This document shows, in pieces, positions 46,668 to 54,786 of a stretch of DNA of 64,000 nt (position 1 is its first letter; each line of letters opens with the position of its first letter). The notes beneath the pieces were generated by a model. It searched no databases and had not been told where the DNA came from. It saw only the letters and a list, made by a program, of their open reading frames with translations. The position numbers and the translations under genes are program-made. Source of the DNA: Dehalococcoidia bacterium (GTDB lineage Bacteria; Chloroflexota; Dehalococcoidia; Lucifugimonadales; CBDEGW01); the NCBI GenBank assembly GCA_965237935.1, contig CBDEGW010000004.1, forward strand, positions 20,545 through 84,544, given 5' to 3'.

Positions 46668-48455
46668 GTGAGATGCATCGTCCTCATTGGGCCGCTGGCC
46701 ATTCTCCTGTTCCTCGTGGCTGCCTGCTCCAATGGGACGCCATCGGCTCCTGATGCACCGCCGCCTTCGGAAGAGGCCACGCCAACGGTCGCGCCGACCT
46801 CGACGGTCATCTCAGGTCCACTAGGTCCACAGCGGACTCCGCCATCATTACTCAGTGCCCCCGTGAACGCCTGCATCTACCACGCACCGGAGCCAACCCC
46901 GACCCCTACTCCTACCACGGACCTGACGACGCCGACGGCCACACCGTTCTCAAACACTACTCCCATCCCCTACCCAACAGAAATCCCTTCGGCGGAAGTT
47001 GTGGCCTACCCCGATCTGCCGCCACCCGCACTGCCAGCGTCCGTCGAGGCCTGGCGGGACGCCGTGGTGCGCGTGAGCGTCGAGCGGGCGAGCGGCCGCC
47101 CTCGGGTCCAGCAGGGGCTAGTCGTTTCCGATGGCGCTGTGCTCACCGTGCTTGACCCCATGGAGGAAATCGCTTCGTTGTCGGTGACGGTATCCGGTCG
47201 TGGCGTCTTCACCGCTGAGCTTGAGCGCTTCGACGTCCGCACCGGCGCGGCGCTGCTTAGCGTGGGTGCGGAAGGCCTCGCCCTGGCACCTGGGGGGCGC
47301 CGGACCGTAGCGCCTGGGGAGCCAGTATTGCTCCTGAGCCGTGACGGGGACGGCGGCGAGCTCGTAGTAAAAGAGACCTACGCCAGCCCGAGTCTCAACG
47401 CGCCGGACCATCTCGTCGCACTGCACGGGGACTACACACCCTCCCTCCAATGGGGCACCGTGGTGGTGGCAGGCGATGGCATACCCGTCGGTCTTGCAAG
47501 CCACACGCGGACATTTTACGGCCCGTCGATCGTTCTTGGCGGGCCTAGCATTGAGTACCTGCCAGCAGTGCTACTGGACTCCGCGATCCGGCTTCTGGAA
47601 CGCGTCCCGTCAGATGCCGACATCACCCCCGCCGCAGTCGCCTACTACGGGCCGGACGTAACCAGGAACGTGGACGGACCGGTGACCCGCGAGCTCTTGG
47701 CGGACCCGGTGCAACAGGCGCTTACGGACCTGGGAGAATCGGTTCCACTGGAAAATCTTAGCAGGCTGCCGAGCTCCCTGCGCCCGCCCGAGTTGGGCAC
47801 GATACTGGAGTTGCTCTACGCCACGCCCCAGGAACTGCGCGGGCCGAACGGGGAACTGCTGGGCAGTGCGCGGTACATCGCGCTCTGGTGGGACAGGGAG
47901 GGCGGTTCGCCTGACCTTGTCCTCTGCGGCACGGAAGACGGGAATCACCTGGGAGCCGCCTTTGCCACCCATGGCCTGGACTCGTTCGAGGCGCTCATGG
48001 AGGGAGTGCCCTCCAGTTCGCCGCACTCGATGGTAGCCGCTGCGCCTCTCCTCGCGCCGGAGTATGGCTACTCCGTCGATAACTACCAGTACCCCTACGA
48101 GTGGGAACTGAAGACCAACAAATCAGTATACGTCGAGGACGAACTGGTGGTCCTGACCTTCACGGTCACCAACACCAGCAATTGGCCGGTCACCCTGGAC
48201 TACGTGCCGCCGAGAGTGACCATCCGCAGCGATCAGGATAGCCGATATGTGGCTGTCTTGCCTTACGGCTACGGGCACCGCGTCCTGCAACCCCGCGAGA
48301 CCGCCTCCTTCACCATGACCTGGGACCAGGTGCACTTCGGGGGCGGTCGGGCAACTCCAGGACGCTACTTTGCGAAGGTACATCTGGCCAACCTCTCGGA
48401 CCGATGGGGGCTGCTGAGTGCGGGGCCGATTGCCGATCCGCTGGTCTTGGAGTAG
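46668..48455 (+). CDS. Lipoprotein; central region resembles a trypsin-fold domain without a recognisable catalytic triad; C-terminal BsuPI-like domain
   Basis: (M)RCIVLIGPLAILLFLVAAC lipobox and a Pro/Thr linker. GLVVSDGAVLTVLDP...VRTGAALLSV...GEPVLLLS...WGTVVVAGDGIPVGLAS has HtrA-like spacing, but I see no TNxHV or GNSGG equivalents. The C-terminal LVVLTFTVTNTSNWPVTLDY...LQPRETASFTMTWDQ...PGRYFAKV is BsuPI-like. Confidence 0.55.
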   Translation: MRCIVLIGPLAILLFLVAACSNGTPSAPDAPPPSEEATPTVAPTSTVISGPLGPQRTPPSLLSAPVNACIYHAPEPTPTPTPTTDLTTPTATPFSNTTPIPYPTEIPSAEVVAYPDLPPPALPASVEAWRDAVVRVSVERASGRPRVQQGLVVSDGAVLTVLDPMEEIASLSVTVSGRGVFTAELERFDVRTGAALLSVGAEGLALAPGGRRTVAPGEPVLLLSRDGDGGELVVKETYASPSLNAPDHLVALHGDYTPSLQWGTVVVAGDGIPVGLASHTRTFYGPSIVLGGPSIEYLPAVLLDSAIRLLERVPSDADITPAAVAYYGPDVTRNVDGPVTRELLADPVQQALTDLGESVPLENLSRLPSSLRPPELGTILELLYATPQELRGPNGELLGSARYIALWWDREGGSPDLVLCGTEDGNHLGAAFATHGLDSFEALMEGVPSSSPHSMVAAAPLLAPEYGYSVDNYQYPYEWELKTNKSVYVEDELVVLTFTVTNTSNWPVTLDYVPPRVTIRSDQDSRYVAVLPYGYGHRVLQPRETASFTMTWDQVHFGGGRATPGRYFAKVHLANLSDRWGLLSAGPIADPLVLE

Positions 48456-48571
48456 ACGCGGTGACACGATCTATAGCCAACGTCCTTGGGCCTGGACCTC
48501 CCGACGTGCGATTGAACCGGAGGGACTAGCCTCTGATACTAGTGACAGGGTAAGGCAAGACGAGGTGGCAT

Positions 48572-49279
48572 TTGAAACGTGGGTTACGACTAAATATTTC
48601 TGGCCTGTGGTTAGCGGCTCTATTGATCTGCATCGCAGCCTGCTCAGGCCAGAGCTTGAGTCCTCCAGAGAGACTGAGTATTGGTGAGTACGGAAGTGGA
48701 ACTCACTCCCGTCTGGAGTGGCACAGTTCGAACCACGGCTCCGTATCGTTCGAGCTGGAGTGGAGATTTGGCGACGTACCCCATTGGGTACCCCTCTCCA
48801 CCACCTCCCCGGAGGCGACTGTCTATCATGGCTCGCCCTATCTCGTTGAATGGAACACCGCTACCTATTGCTACCGAGGGCGTGCAGTTCTCGGCGACGC
48901 GAAATCTGAATGGTCGGATGAGGTCTGTGACGGGATGTATGCCGGGGAGCCCCATCCCCCTCCCTTATGGCCAGGATCTCCGTTCGACGTTGTCGCTGAA
49001 GCGATGGAAGAGGGGGTCAGGTTCACCTGGGCAGTTCAGGACCTTCGCGAATACGGTCAACCTCAATCCCAGGTACTGCGACGAGAATCAACCTCGGGCA
49101 AGTACACTGTCATTAGTGAGCTGCCTTTTGCGACCTTCAAGTCCTATGACCATGACCGTCGTTATGGAACCTTCGAGTTCATTGACTCTGAGGGCAGCCG
49201 AGAGTACTGCTATCGAATCGCCACGAGCCTTGAGGACCGCGGCGGCAGGAGCATCAGCGGCGACGTATGTCTACCCTAA
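48572..49279 (+). CDS. Lipoprotein with two FN3-like domains
   Basis: MKRGLRLNISGLWLAALLICIAACSG shares the MKRGLR start with the interrupted signal peptide at 40957. Two beta-sandwich-like halves each end in a Y/C-rich strand (YCYRGRAV, YCYRIATS). Confidence 0.58.
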   Translation: MKRGLRLNISGLWLAALLICIAACSGQSLSPPERLSIGEYGSGTHSRLEWHSSNHGSVSFELEWRFGDVPHWVPLSTTSPEATVYHGSPYLVEWNTATYCYRGRAVLGDAKSEWSDEVCDGMYAGEPHPPPLWPGSPFDVVAEAMEEGVRFTWAVQDLREYGQPQSQVLRRESTSGKYTVISELPFATFKSYDHDRRYGTFEFIDSEGSREYCYRIATSLEDRGGRSISGDVCLP

Positions 49280-49471
49280 GTTATGGTGGGGAACCTGCCG
49301 AGCAATCTATGGCAGGATTCCACTTCCCTTATCGCTTTCAACGAACGGGAGGCCCATTCCGAATGTGGGACTATCGGTCAGAGTAATCGAAGGACATGCC
49401 GACGAATGAGCACAGGACTCGCCCCGTAACCCACCTCGTGAGAGCGTTTGACCCTCTCGTGGTTACGGGGC

Positions 49472-49537
49472 TTGGTTCAACACTCAATTTTTCCACATAG
49501 TGCCCAGGACTATCGGCCTCCTGCTCCAGATGCCGTC
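49472..49537 (+). pseudogene. Remnant of an IS3/rve-type integrase C-terminus
   Basis: LVQHSIFPHSAQDYRPPAPDAV resembles the ...[15 protein letters not shown] end of rve integrases (compare OrfB at 32124-33059). No intact ORF surrounds it. Confidence 0.35.
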
Positions 49538-49632
49538 CTGGCCGCTTCTTCTGCCCAAGGGCTATCAATGCCTCATAACCTATGGTACGACTATTGGGGA
49601 CAGGTCAAAGTGACGGACCGACTGGCTTGTAG

Positions 49633-50355
49633 ATGAGTGAATTGAAGAATCAGAAGCGCGGGACTCGAGCGGCGGTGATTGGTAGCGCAGCCGGCCTCAT
49701 TCCCGCTATCTCGCTAGCCTTCTACTGGTTCTTGTCACAGGAACCCAATGTCGCCGCTCAACGTGTGGGATATGTAGCGTGGGCTCTACTTCTGCTCTCG
49801 CCGTATGTGCTGGCGCTCGTTGCCTCTAGGGTGCGAGAACCTGGTGTACGCGGTGGACTGCTTCTTGGTGTGGGTCTACTATCGTTAGTCGGGAGCTTCT
49901 CGACTTTCTCATTGATCGCTTTCATTTTTCTGCCTGCGACATTCGCTATTTGGTTCGCCGCTGTCAGAAGTCTGACTGTCGCGAGGCACCCGTTGGCGAC
50001 TGTGGCACCTGCCACTGTTGCAGGGCTGTTGATCGCTGCGATTATGGGATTCGGCTTCTTCTCCCTGTTGTGGATGCAGAGCCAGGACTCGGAGGTTCGC
50101 TGTTGGGTGCTGACTCAAGGCCCCGACGGACACTCCACGTGGGAGTCACGCCCCAATGTTGGAGAACAAGGGACGATTAGCGTTGGACCCCTAACGGGTG
50201 GCGAACGGTCAACATGCATCAGCGGCATCATCACTAATTCCGAGGCCGCGATGAGCATAGGTGCGGTTGCCATAGCTATTCTGGGTATGGTGATAGTATC
50301 GATGTGGTCAGGACGTGTAGGGCGGCCCATCTACGGGGACTCCCGGCGGCATTAG
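49633..50355 (+). CDS. Hypothetical polytopic membrane protein
   Basis: 240 aa with about six hydrophobic spans. No motif recognised. Confidence 0.55.
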   Translation: MSELKNQKRGTRAAVIGSAAGLIPAISLAFYWFLSQEPNVAAQRVGYVAWALLLLSPYVLALVASRVREPGVRGGLLLGVGLLSLVGSFSTFSLIAFIFLPATFAIWFAAVRSLTVARHPLATVAPATVAGLLIAAIMGFGFFSLLWMQSQDSEVRCWVLTQGPDGHSTWESRPNVGEQGTISVGPLTGGERSTCISGIITNSEAAMSIGAVAIAILGMVIVSMWSGRVGRPIYGDSRRH

Positions 50356-50419
50356 CAATTTCGCTCCGGGTGATCACAGGCGTTTCTTCGACTGCGTACC
50401 TCCGCAATTTGAACGCCGA

Positions 50420-50453
50420 TTCGAAACCGGCGCTGCCTACCGTCAAGCTAGAG
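50420..50453. repeat. Repeat family copy S3a
   Basis: ATTCGAAACCGGCGCTGCCTACCGTCAAGCTAGAG aligns with CTTCGAAAACGGTTCTGTCTACCGTCAAAATAGG of S1. Confidence 0.5.
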
Positions 50454-50535
50454 TCGACCATGTCCTTGTCAACCTGCCCTGTTTGAACTGATTGTGGCAT
50501 TCTTCCCATCGGGATACGATTCAGAGGGCAAGAAG

Positions 50536-50575
50536 CAACTCGAAGATGGTTCTGTCTACCGTCAACTTAGGCCCA
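50536..50575. repeat. Repeat family copy S3b
   Basis: CAACTCGAAGATGGTTCTGTCTACCGTCAACTTAGGCCCA. A weak inverted arm (GACCATCTCAAAGAG) follows. Confidence 0.55.
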
Positions 50576-50664
50576 GGGAACGACCATCTCAAAGAGAGTT
50601 CGATGTGAGGCAACCCCGGGCCCAAGATACCTGAAGATAGACAGTACGGAAAGGAGTTGTCATA

Positions 50665-51477
50665 GTGTCGACGCTCTTCCTTGAGGCTTTCGGACAGCTG
50701 TCCCCGGGCCCGAACCTGATTGATTCAGAGGAGGAGGACCTCTACAGCGTTTTCAGAGCGCGTGCTGAATTGATGGGATGGACCACCACGTCTGCTGGCC
50801 GCCAGTTGCTATGGGGGATGAACGAGGCGGAGCTGACCGCCGGGAGCGATGCGTCACGGATCGGATTTGTGCAGGTCGGGCTGCAGGTAGGTGAACTTGA
50901 GCGAATCGAGGTCCCGCCCCCGCCGAGTCCAGGTTTCCACTACGCCACGCTTGGGGTACGTCAGCGCCCCCTCGAACCGGCTATGGTGCTGCCGGCGTTG
51001 GTCCAGTGCTTCCATGACGCGCTCCTCCGCTTTGGGACAATCGAGTTGTCCGGGCTCCAGGTGACGGCATACGGCCTGGACCTCGGCGCACGGTCCCCTG
51101 CCGACCATCTCGTCTCCGGGCTCAACTGGTTCAACCTTACCCCGGAGGGGAGAGCGGATGCGTTCATCGCCTTCGACCAGGAGTTGCTCGGGGGACATAC
51201 AGAAGCGGAGTTGGTTGCCAGCCTCCGGCGGCGGAACACCGGCTCGTTCGAGTTCGGGCCGGTAGCAGCCGGGCCTGAGCAGCACGCGATACAAACGTCG
51301 ATCGATGAGCGGATCCACTCCTTCTCTCCCGCGCGCTCGGGCCTTGGTGTGCGGGTTACGCTGCCGGAGTGGACAGCGAGCGCCGTGGGGTGGGTTCTCG
51401 CAATCGTCATCGACAGAGCGCGCGCCATCGCGCCGGACGTCCGCAACTTCGCAGTTCGAGTGACGAGGGTTCGATGA
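50665..51477 (+). CDS. Hypothetical protein
   Basis: 270 aa. GTG start preceded by GGAAAGGAG. No motif recognised. Confidence 0.5.
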   Translation: MSTLFLEAFGQLSPGPNLIDSEEEDLYSVFRARAELMGWTTTSAGRQLLWGMNEAELTAGSDASRIGFVQVGLQVGELERIEVPPPPSPGFHYATLGVRQRPLEPAMVLPALVQCFHDALLRFGTIELSGLQVTAYGLDLGARSPADHLVSGLNWFNLTPEGRADAFIAFDQELLGGHTEAELVASLRRRNTGSFEFGPVAAGPEQHAIQTSIDERIHSFSPARSGLGVRVTLPEWTASAVGWVLAIVIDRARAIAPDVRNFAVRVTRVR

Positions 51478-51753
51478 CGGCACGCTCACCCGTTCGCACG
51501 ACCCGACCGATCAGGTACTCGCTGCTCTGGTACTCCCTTGCTGTATCGACGAAGTTGACGCCCATGGTTGAAAGAGCCTCCGACCTCAGGACCGGAGGCT
51601 CTCAGCGCCTGCGTGGCATTGCCTGGCTGAACCCTAAATCGAAATCTCCCAGCGAAAAGTTCGCAGTACGGTACACTCTGGCCCACCAGACTTGACAAAA
51701 TCAAGAGCATTCATTCGGCGGACTCAATAGACACGGAAAGCTTAAGTACTCGT

Positions 51754-51788
51754 GGGCGCTCGGTTTGGGTCCATTCAAGCCAGGTCAG
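51754..51788 (+). repeat. Direct repeat X1 (candidate att-type junction)
   Basis: GGGCGCTCGGTTTGGGTCCATTCAAGCCAGGTCAG. The 23-nt core is identical to X2 at 54606-54628. Confidence 0.55.
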
Positions 51789-51850
51789 ATTGTTACACAG
51801 TAGCGTGCCCAACAACGGCCTGCTGGAGAGGGTGGGGCCGTTGGGAACGG

Positions 51851-52183
51851 ATGTCTATCGAGACCAGTAGAGCCATTGATCATATTGAGGCCGACTTTCT
51901 TTACGACGCCACTAAGACGACAGTGGCTCTGTTCTACTTGCTAGAGGGCATGGAGATTGCCTCTCACGTGTACGTATCAGGCCCAGAAGAGAAAAGTAGG
52001 CCACAACTGACCGTGGAGGGTCCACATCTGACCTTCCTGAAGACGTTCCCCGCTGTTTCAACAACGGGACTGGAAATGTTGGGACCGAGTGGAGAGGCTG
52101 TCCAATTGGCCTTTAAGGGCTGGGTAGCGGATATCTACGACAAGTCAACCTACTGGGGCTGGTCGTGCAGCCGTGGCCGCTGA
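51851..52183 (+). CDS. Hypothetical ORF abutting the ImmA-like fragment
   Basis: MSIETSRAIDHIEADFLYDATKTT... from ATG 51851. Its 3' end overlaps the ImmA-like fragment in another frame. Possibly a recombination chimera rather than a real gene. Confidence 0.35.
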   Translation: MSIETSRAIDHIEADFLYDATKTTVALFYLLEGMEIASHVYVSGPEEKSRPQLTVEGPHLTFLKTFPAVSTTGLEMLGPSGEAVQLAFKGWVADIYDKSTYWGWSCSRGR

Positions 52184-52395
52184 AGGTCCAGGAAGAGATG
52201 CAGATGGGCCACTTCATCAGCGTGGCCGAGCGGCTCGACCCCCGCTGCCGGCGCTGGGTGATAGCCCACGCCATAGGGCACAGGCTGCTGCACCCCGGCA
52301 ACCACCTGTGGATACGCGATCACACGAGCCTCGGCGGCCTGTTCGAGCGGGAGGCCGAGGACTTCGCCCGCGCCCTTCTAATGAGGATGGAGTGA
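52165..52395 (+). pseudogene. Decayed partial copy of the ImmA/IrrE-like gene at 59918-60346
   Basis: About 90 percent nucleotide identity by eye from 52153 to 52374 with 60005-60226. Lacks the first 28 or so codons and has an in-frame 99-nt deletion relative to the full copy (60233-60331, between two ATG micro-repeats). No ATG start. Confidence 0.65.
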
Positions 52396-52487
52396 ACGCA
52401 TGCGGCAAATATTGGTGCTATTCCCCGTACGGATTGCGGTGAAACCTTGCACCTTGCGGTGGTTAAGGGTTATAATATCCGCGTATT

Positions 52488-53609
52488 ATGCGGAGCATAT
52501 ACATCCACGAGCAACCCGGATGGCCCCATCTTCGTTGGCAACAGAGGGGAATGGTGGACCAACTCGCTACGGTCAGGCACCGGCAAGGCCGGCTCCTGGG
52601 CCGCATGGAGGCTCTTGGCTTCGACCTTCGCCAGGAGGCTGTCCTCGATACTCTGACCGAGGACGTGGTTACGAGCAGCGCGATCGAAGGCGAGATACTC
52701 GACACGGCTCAAGTCCGCTCCTCGATCGCCCGTCGTCTTGGCATGGATATCGCTGGACTGAGTTACGTCGACCGCGGTGTAGATGGCATCGTCGAGTTGA
52801 TGTTGGACGCAACGGAGCATTACGCCCAGCCCCTTACTCAGGAGCGCCTATTCGCTTGGCACACTGCCCTGTTCCCTACAGGAAGGAGCGACTTGAGACG
52901 AATCACGGTGGGTGGCTGGCGCGAAGACAGCTCCGGCCCCATGCAGGTCGTCTCAGGCCCCATTGGCCGGGAGCGGGTGCATTTCGAGGCTCCGGCAGCA
53001 ACGAGGCTCGACCAAGAGGTACAAACCTTCCTGGAGTGGTTCAACGCACCTGCCGATACCGACGAGGTGCTCAAGGCTGGGCTGGCTCACCTCTGGTTTG
53101 TTACCGTCCACCCATTCGAAGACGGTAACGGCCGCATTGCCAGGGCCATCGCGGACATGGCCTTGGCCCGCTCCGAGGGTAGCCCTCGACGCTTCTACAG
53201 CATGTCGTCTCAGATCCGGCGCGAGATGGCTGACTACTACACCATCCTGGAGCGGACTCAGAAGGGGACAACGGATGTCTCCGAGTGGATGGGCTGGTTC
53301 GTATCCTGCTTGGGCCGTGCCATAGAGGGCGCCGAGACTACTCTCATGGCGGTGCTCGAAAAGGCGCGCTTCTGGGAAGAAATTGCGAGTCTTCCGATCA
53401 ACGAGCGCCAGCGTGTCGTCATCAACCACCTTCTGGATGGCCTTGAAGGCAAACTCACGACGTCTAGATGGGCGAGGATGACGAAATGCTCTCAGGATAC
53501 CGCCCTTCGCGACATCACGGACCTCATGGGGCGTGGGATACTCGTGCGGAATCCGGAAGGGGGGCGAAGCACCAGCTACGCTCTGGTCAGGACACCTGGC
53601 ACTAGCTGA
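52488..53609 (+). CDS. Fic family protein (AMPylase-type, with N-terminal inhibitory motif and C-terminal wHTH-like domain)
   Basis: Active-site motif [16 protein letters not shown] (HxFx[D/E]GNGRxxR). The upstream [12 protein letters not shown] matches the [S/T]xxxE[G/N] auto-inhibition motif. 373 aa. Confidence 0.88.
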   Translation: MRSIYIHEQPGWPHLRWQQRGMVDQLATVRHRQGRLLGRMEALGFDLRQEAVLDTLTEDVVTSSAIEGEILDTAQVRSSIARRLGMDIAGLSYVDRGVDGIVELMLDATEHYAQPLTQERLFAWHTALFPTGRSDLRRITVGGWREDSSGPMQVVSGPIGRERVHFEAPAATRLDQEVQTFLEWFNAPADTDEVLKAGLAHLWFVTVHPFEDGNGRIARAIADMALARSEGSPRRFYSMSSQIRREMADYYTILERTQKGTTDVSEWMGWFVSCLGRAIEGAETTLMAVLEKARFWEEIASLPINERQRVVINHLLDGLEGKLTTSRWARMTKCSQDTALRDITDLMGRGILVRNPEGGRSTSYALVRTPGTS

Positions 53610-53634
53610 AAACCTTCACATGGGAGTGAGCATT

Positions 53635-54444
53635 ATGCCCAGACCTACTAAAACCCGTGCTAGAGAGCGCCTTCAAAGAGTTCTGGATGCGATAGCTGAT
53701 CTGAAACAGCTACAGAGAGGATCACCAGAGTTCGATAAGTGGCACAGAGACACTAAAGTGGCGATTGCCAACACTTTTGAGGAATCGCCTTCCAAGGCTA
53801 AAGATTTTGAAGACATCAGGTATCATCTGTCGGCGTTTGTTGTGGATAGAACACCTGAGTCTGAATTTCAAGAAGCGTACGTCAGAGGTTTGAACTCTGC
53901 TGCTGCCATCCTACAGTCCATGATTGATGAGATTGAAGAGTACTGGGAGGATGATAGTCAGGAGCCGAAGTGTTCTAAGGGTCCAGAAAGACCCCATCGG
54001 ATCAACACGAACCAGGTATTCGTTATTCACGGCAGCGATCATGGAACCAGGGATACAGTCACTAGATTCCTTGAGAATTTGGGCCTCGAAGCGGTGATAC
54101 TGCAGGAGCAGCCTGATCAAGGCCGCACAGTAATCGAGAAGTTTGAGCAGTGCGCTCAAGGTGATTTCGCAGTAGCCTTATTTACGCCGGACGACATAGG
54201 CGGACCTAGTGATGATGACCTACAACCCCGTGCAAGGCAGAATGTAATCTTCGAGTTCGGATACTTTATCGGAAAGTTCGGCCGAGACAGGGTTCGCGCC
54301 TTGGTGAAAGGAAACCCTGAGATACTCTCTGACTACTCTGGCGTTCTCTACATCCCGCTAGATGACCTCGGCAGTTGGAAAATAGCCCTTGTCAGAGAAA
54401 TGAAGGACGCGGGCTTCAAGATAGACGCGAATCTTGCCTTTTGA
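53635..54444 (+). CDS. TIR-like domain protein (Cap12/PycTIR-type predicted nucleotide-binding TIR-like fold) with uncharacterised N-terminal helical domain
   Basis: The C-terminal [47 protein letters not shown]...[10 protein letters not shown]...[27 protein letters not shown]...SDYSGVLY is the family pattern as I remember it (Pfam PF10137, from memory). Start set at ATG 53635, 8 nt after GGGAG. The gene is visibly more AT-rich than its neighbours. Confidence 0.8.
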   Translation: MPRPTKTRARERLQRVLDAIADLKQLQRGSPEFDKWHRDTKVAIANTFEESPSKAKDFEDIRYHLSAFVVDRTPESEFQEAYVRGLNSAAAILQSMIDEIEEYWEDDSQEPKCSKGPERPHRINTNQVFVIHGSDHGTRDTVTRFLENLGLEAVILQEQPDQGRTVIEKFEQCAQGDFAVALFTPDDIGGPSDDDLQPRARQNVIFEFGYFIGKFGRDRVRALVKGNPEILSDYSGVLYIPLDDLGSWKIALVREMKDAGFKIDANLAF

Positions 54445-54499
54445 AGAAGCGTCTCAACACTATGCGGTATCTCTTACGACGCCATGGGGGTCCATCCAT

Positions 54500-54525
54500 G
54501 ATGTTACGGCTAAGGCCCACCAAGG
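54500..54525. repeat. Repeat family copy S4 (partial)
   Basis: GATGTTACGGCTAAGGCCCACCAAGG shares the TACGG.(C)TAAGGCCCACCAA core with S1 and S2. Confidence 0.35.
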
Positions 54526-54595
54526 AGAATTGAATGGAATGTCACAATGAACTTCGGGTACGAGCGGGAAAAGTCCTCGATCAGTTGAATGTCAA

Positions 54596-54630
54596 GGGCG
54601 GTCGATTTGGGTCCATTCAAGCCAGGTCGG
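54596..54630 (+). repeat. Direct repeat X2 (candidate att-type junction next to the serine recombinase)
   Basis: GGGCGGTCGATTTGGGTCCATTCAAGCCAGGTCGG. 32/35 identical to X1. Lies 156 nt beyond the recombinase stop codon. Confidence 0.55.
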
Positions 54631-54786
54631 TAAAGCGGACTCGCAAATGGGTGTGTCACGTCGTTCCCGCGTACCCGCACGTATCAGCAGGCCCGATGAA
54701 CGGTTCGATTCTTCTCAGGTGGGCTAACTTTTACGGAAGATACCACCGAGCCGTTCAGCGGTATCTCTTGGGCTCTTTTCCCGGAA

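Noticed and set aside
51754-51788. X1/X2 repeat as a duplicated tRNA 3' end (the classic integration target)
   Set aside because: GGGTCCATTCAAGCC does not fit a T-arm/acceptor pattern (GGTTCGA.TCC...CCA). No tRNA cloverleaf can be drawn around either copy, and I found no tRNA gene anywhere in the window.
33944-54525. Idea that the palindromic repeats after gene ends are integron attC sites delimiting cassettes
   Set aside because: There is no IntI-type tyrosine integrase or attI. The repeats lack the RYYYAAC/GTTRRRY core pair that I would expect. The genes between them are long multi-gene blocks, not single promoterless cassettes.
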